Under the pieces are notes generated by a model. It worked only from the letters and a program-made list of their open reading frames with translations. It had not been told where the DNA came from and ran no database searches. From contig JBMFIF010000002.1 in the NCBI GenBank assembly GCA_049976445.1, forward strand, positions 5,115 to 69,114: DNA of 64,000 nt, given 5' to 3'. Each line of letters starts with the position of its first letter. The first letter of the stretch is position 1. Source of the DNA: Thermoprotei archaeon. GTDB lineage: Archaea; Thermoproteota; Thermoprotei; Gearchaeales; WAQG01. The position numbers and the translations under genes were made by a program. Shown here in pieces: positions 62,805 to 64,000 of this stretch.

Positions 62805-63758
62805 TTAAATTATTTTACTAAGAATCATTCCAATAATATAAAAAATACCGAAGAGTAAAGTAAATTTAGATGTTTGTGGTGCAGCAGTATTTGGAATTTG
62901 TTTTGAAAAGCGTTTTATAAGGCTTATTAATTTTGGAAGTGTTAAGAAGATTATAAGTGATGGAATTCCCAAAATGTTAATGATAATGAACAATATAACT
63001 AAAATGAGCGGTGATGTTACTAATATATAGTATAATTTTAATGCATTTTGTTTTCCAATAAGGATTGGTAGTGTCTTTATATTTGAAGATTTATCATATT
63101 CATAATCTCTTATTCCATCAATTAATAATACAGCTGCTACGAGTAATCCTATTGGGAATGAGATTAAAATTGGTTTGAAGGAGATTATTCCGGTTTGTGC
63201 ATAATAAGAACCTAAGAATATTAATGGTCCCCATACTATAAACACGGCTAGCTCTCCTAATCCTTTATACTTGTATTTTAATGGTGGACCAGTGTATTCT
63301 AACGATATTAATGCACCGATCAAGCCTAAAAATAAGATTAAAGGTCTTCTTAAGAGGTATAAAGAAAATCCTGCTAAGACTGCTACAAAAAAGTATCCTA
63401 TTGATATTTTAAGCGTGTGGTGCGGTTTAAAGATGCCTGATATTATAGGATGTGGTCTGTATCTTGTGGTTGGGGCATCGGGCTTATCTACCCCATAAAG
63501 AGTATCAAAATAGTCGTTTATTACATTCGTATAAGCGTGCAGTGAAATAGCACCTATTAAAGTAATTAGATAAATAATTGGATTAAAGATGTTAAGTTCA
63601 TAATAAGCATAAGCAATTCCTGATGTTACGGATGCGATTGTCATAAGGAAACTCCAAGGCCTAGTTATATACACTACATTTATAATAAATTTCCAAAGAT
63701 TATTAAAAGAACTTGGCATTATCATCACTTCTTTACAACAATATAGGAAAAATGACAA
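62805..63758 (-). CDS. UbiA-family aromatic/isoprenoid prenyltransferase
   Basis: A polytopic protein with the first Asp-rich motif NVINDYFDTLYGVDKPD. The start is probably at the internal MIMPSS. Confidence 0.7.
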   Translation of the reverse strand: MSFFLYCCKEVMIMPSSFNNLWKFIINVVYITRPWSFLMTIASVTSGIAYAYYELNIFNPIIYLITLIGAISLHAYTNVINDYFDTLYGVDKPDAPTTRYRPHPIISGIFKPHHTLKISIGYFFVAVLAGFSLYLLRRPLILFLGLIGALISLEYTGPPLKYKYKGLGELAVFIVWGPLIFLGSYYAQTGIISFKPILISFPIGLLVAAVLLIDGIRDYEYDKSSNIKTLPILIGKQNALKLYYILVTSPLILVILFIIINILGIPSLIIFLTLPKLISLIKRFSKQIPNTAAPQTSKFTLLFGIFYIIGMILSKII

Positions 63759-64000
63759 TAACTAACTCTAGCCAAATGATATGCGTAATCATTGATGGTA
63801 TAATACCAAATTGATAAGCTACGTATCCTGTGACTAATCCTACTATTAACGCTGCTATTACTAATATATAATTAAAAGTGGCTATGTGAACCATCGAATA
63901 GTAAATCGATGATAAAATCCATGGATATTGTACATTATTAATGAATATGCCTTGGATAAATCCTCTCCAATAGATTTCTTCCATTATGCCTATTATTATT
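63733..64000 (-). CDS. CPBP (CAAX protease) family intramembrane metalloprotease, 3' part; gene runs off the window
   Basis: EEIYWRG (EExxxR motif 1) and HIATF/HIIW His motifs. The M-start ORF is only 83 aa, but the family needs sequence upstream beyond 64000. Confidence 0.45.
   Translation of the reverse strand, partial: IIIGIMEEIYWRGFIQGIFINNVQYPWILSSIYYSMVHIATFNYILVIAALIVGLVTGYVAYQFGIIPSMITHIIWLELVIVIFPILL

Overview
The window reads as a chromosomal segment of an AT-rich (roughly 30% GC) archaeon. Evidence for archaeal origin: an ESCRT-III/Vps4 (Cdv) division locus, a CDC48 AAA ATPase, DNA topoisomerase VI B/A, an Hjc resolvase, ribosomal protein S25e, Thg1, and archaeal-type IleRS and AspRS. 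The lifestyle is probably thermoacidophilic (Sulfolobales- or Thermoplasmatales-like). This rests on an eqolisin (G1) acid peptidase and on surface proteins with Thr-rich stalks and C-terminal membrane anchors, and it is an inference.

The main gene blocks are:
(i) A cdv locus with two tandem ESCRT-III genes (one carrying a C-terminal winged helix) followed by Vps4; no CdvA is present. Next to it lie an M48 protease, AspRS, a DUF47/PiT phosphate-uptake pair, CDC48, IleRS, Hjc, S25e and Thg1.
(ii) A four-subunit pyruvate/2-oxoacid:ferredoxin oxidoreductase operon (gamma, delta, alpha, beta). The beta subunit has no canonical start codon and sits in frame directly behind the alpha stop codon.
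(iii) A HEPN/MNT toxin-antitoxin pair placed beside a pseudogene remnant of a second porB 3' end.
(iv) A complete cobinamide salvage and transport block: CobT-like, BtuFCD-like, CobD, CbiB, a CbiZ-CobZ fusion, CobS and CobY. It is flanked by inverted copies of a ~49-nt repeat and carries a palindromic operator-like direct repeat in its divergent promoter.
(v) A decayed sugar ABC transporter region: a malK pseudogene fragment, an N-terminally truncated permease, and a duplicated 5' fragment.
(vi) An ABC ATPase, a 1192-aa multi-repeat surface protein, and an FtsX-like permease.
(vii) Topoisomerase VI B/A, a KH-domain protein and an HD-domain protein.
(viii) A NagZ-type GH3 beta-N-acetylglucosaminidase next to a beta-lactamase-fold serine hydrolase. 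This is a bacterial muropeptide-recycling-like pair in an archaeon.
(ix) A ~4.6-kb cassette flanked by ~85-nt direct repeats. It contains DUF488, TetR, a radical SAM/SPASM enzyme and a B12-binding radical SAM enzyme. This is the best candidate for an undescribed system; it could be tetraether-lipid Tes/Grs-like or peptide-modifying.
(x) A surface metallophosphoesterase, a UbiA prenyltransferase and a partial CPBP protease.

No rRNA, convincing tRNA or CRISPR array was found. Several short GC-rich islands may be structured ncRNAs.
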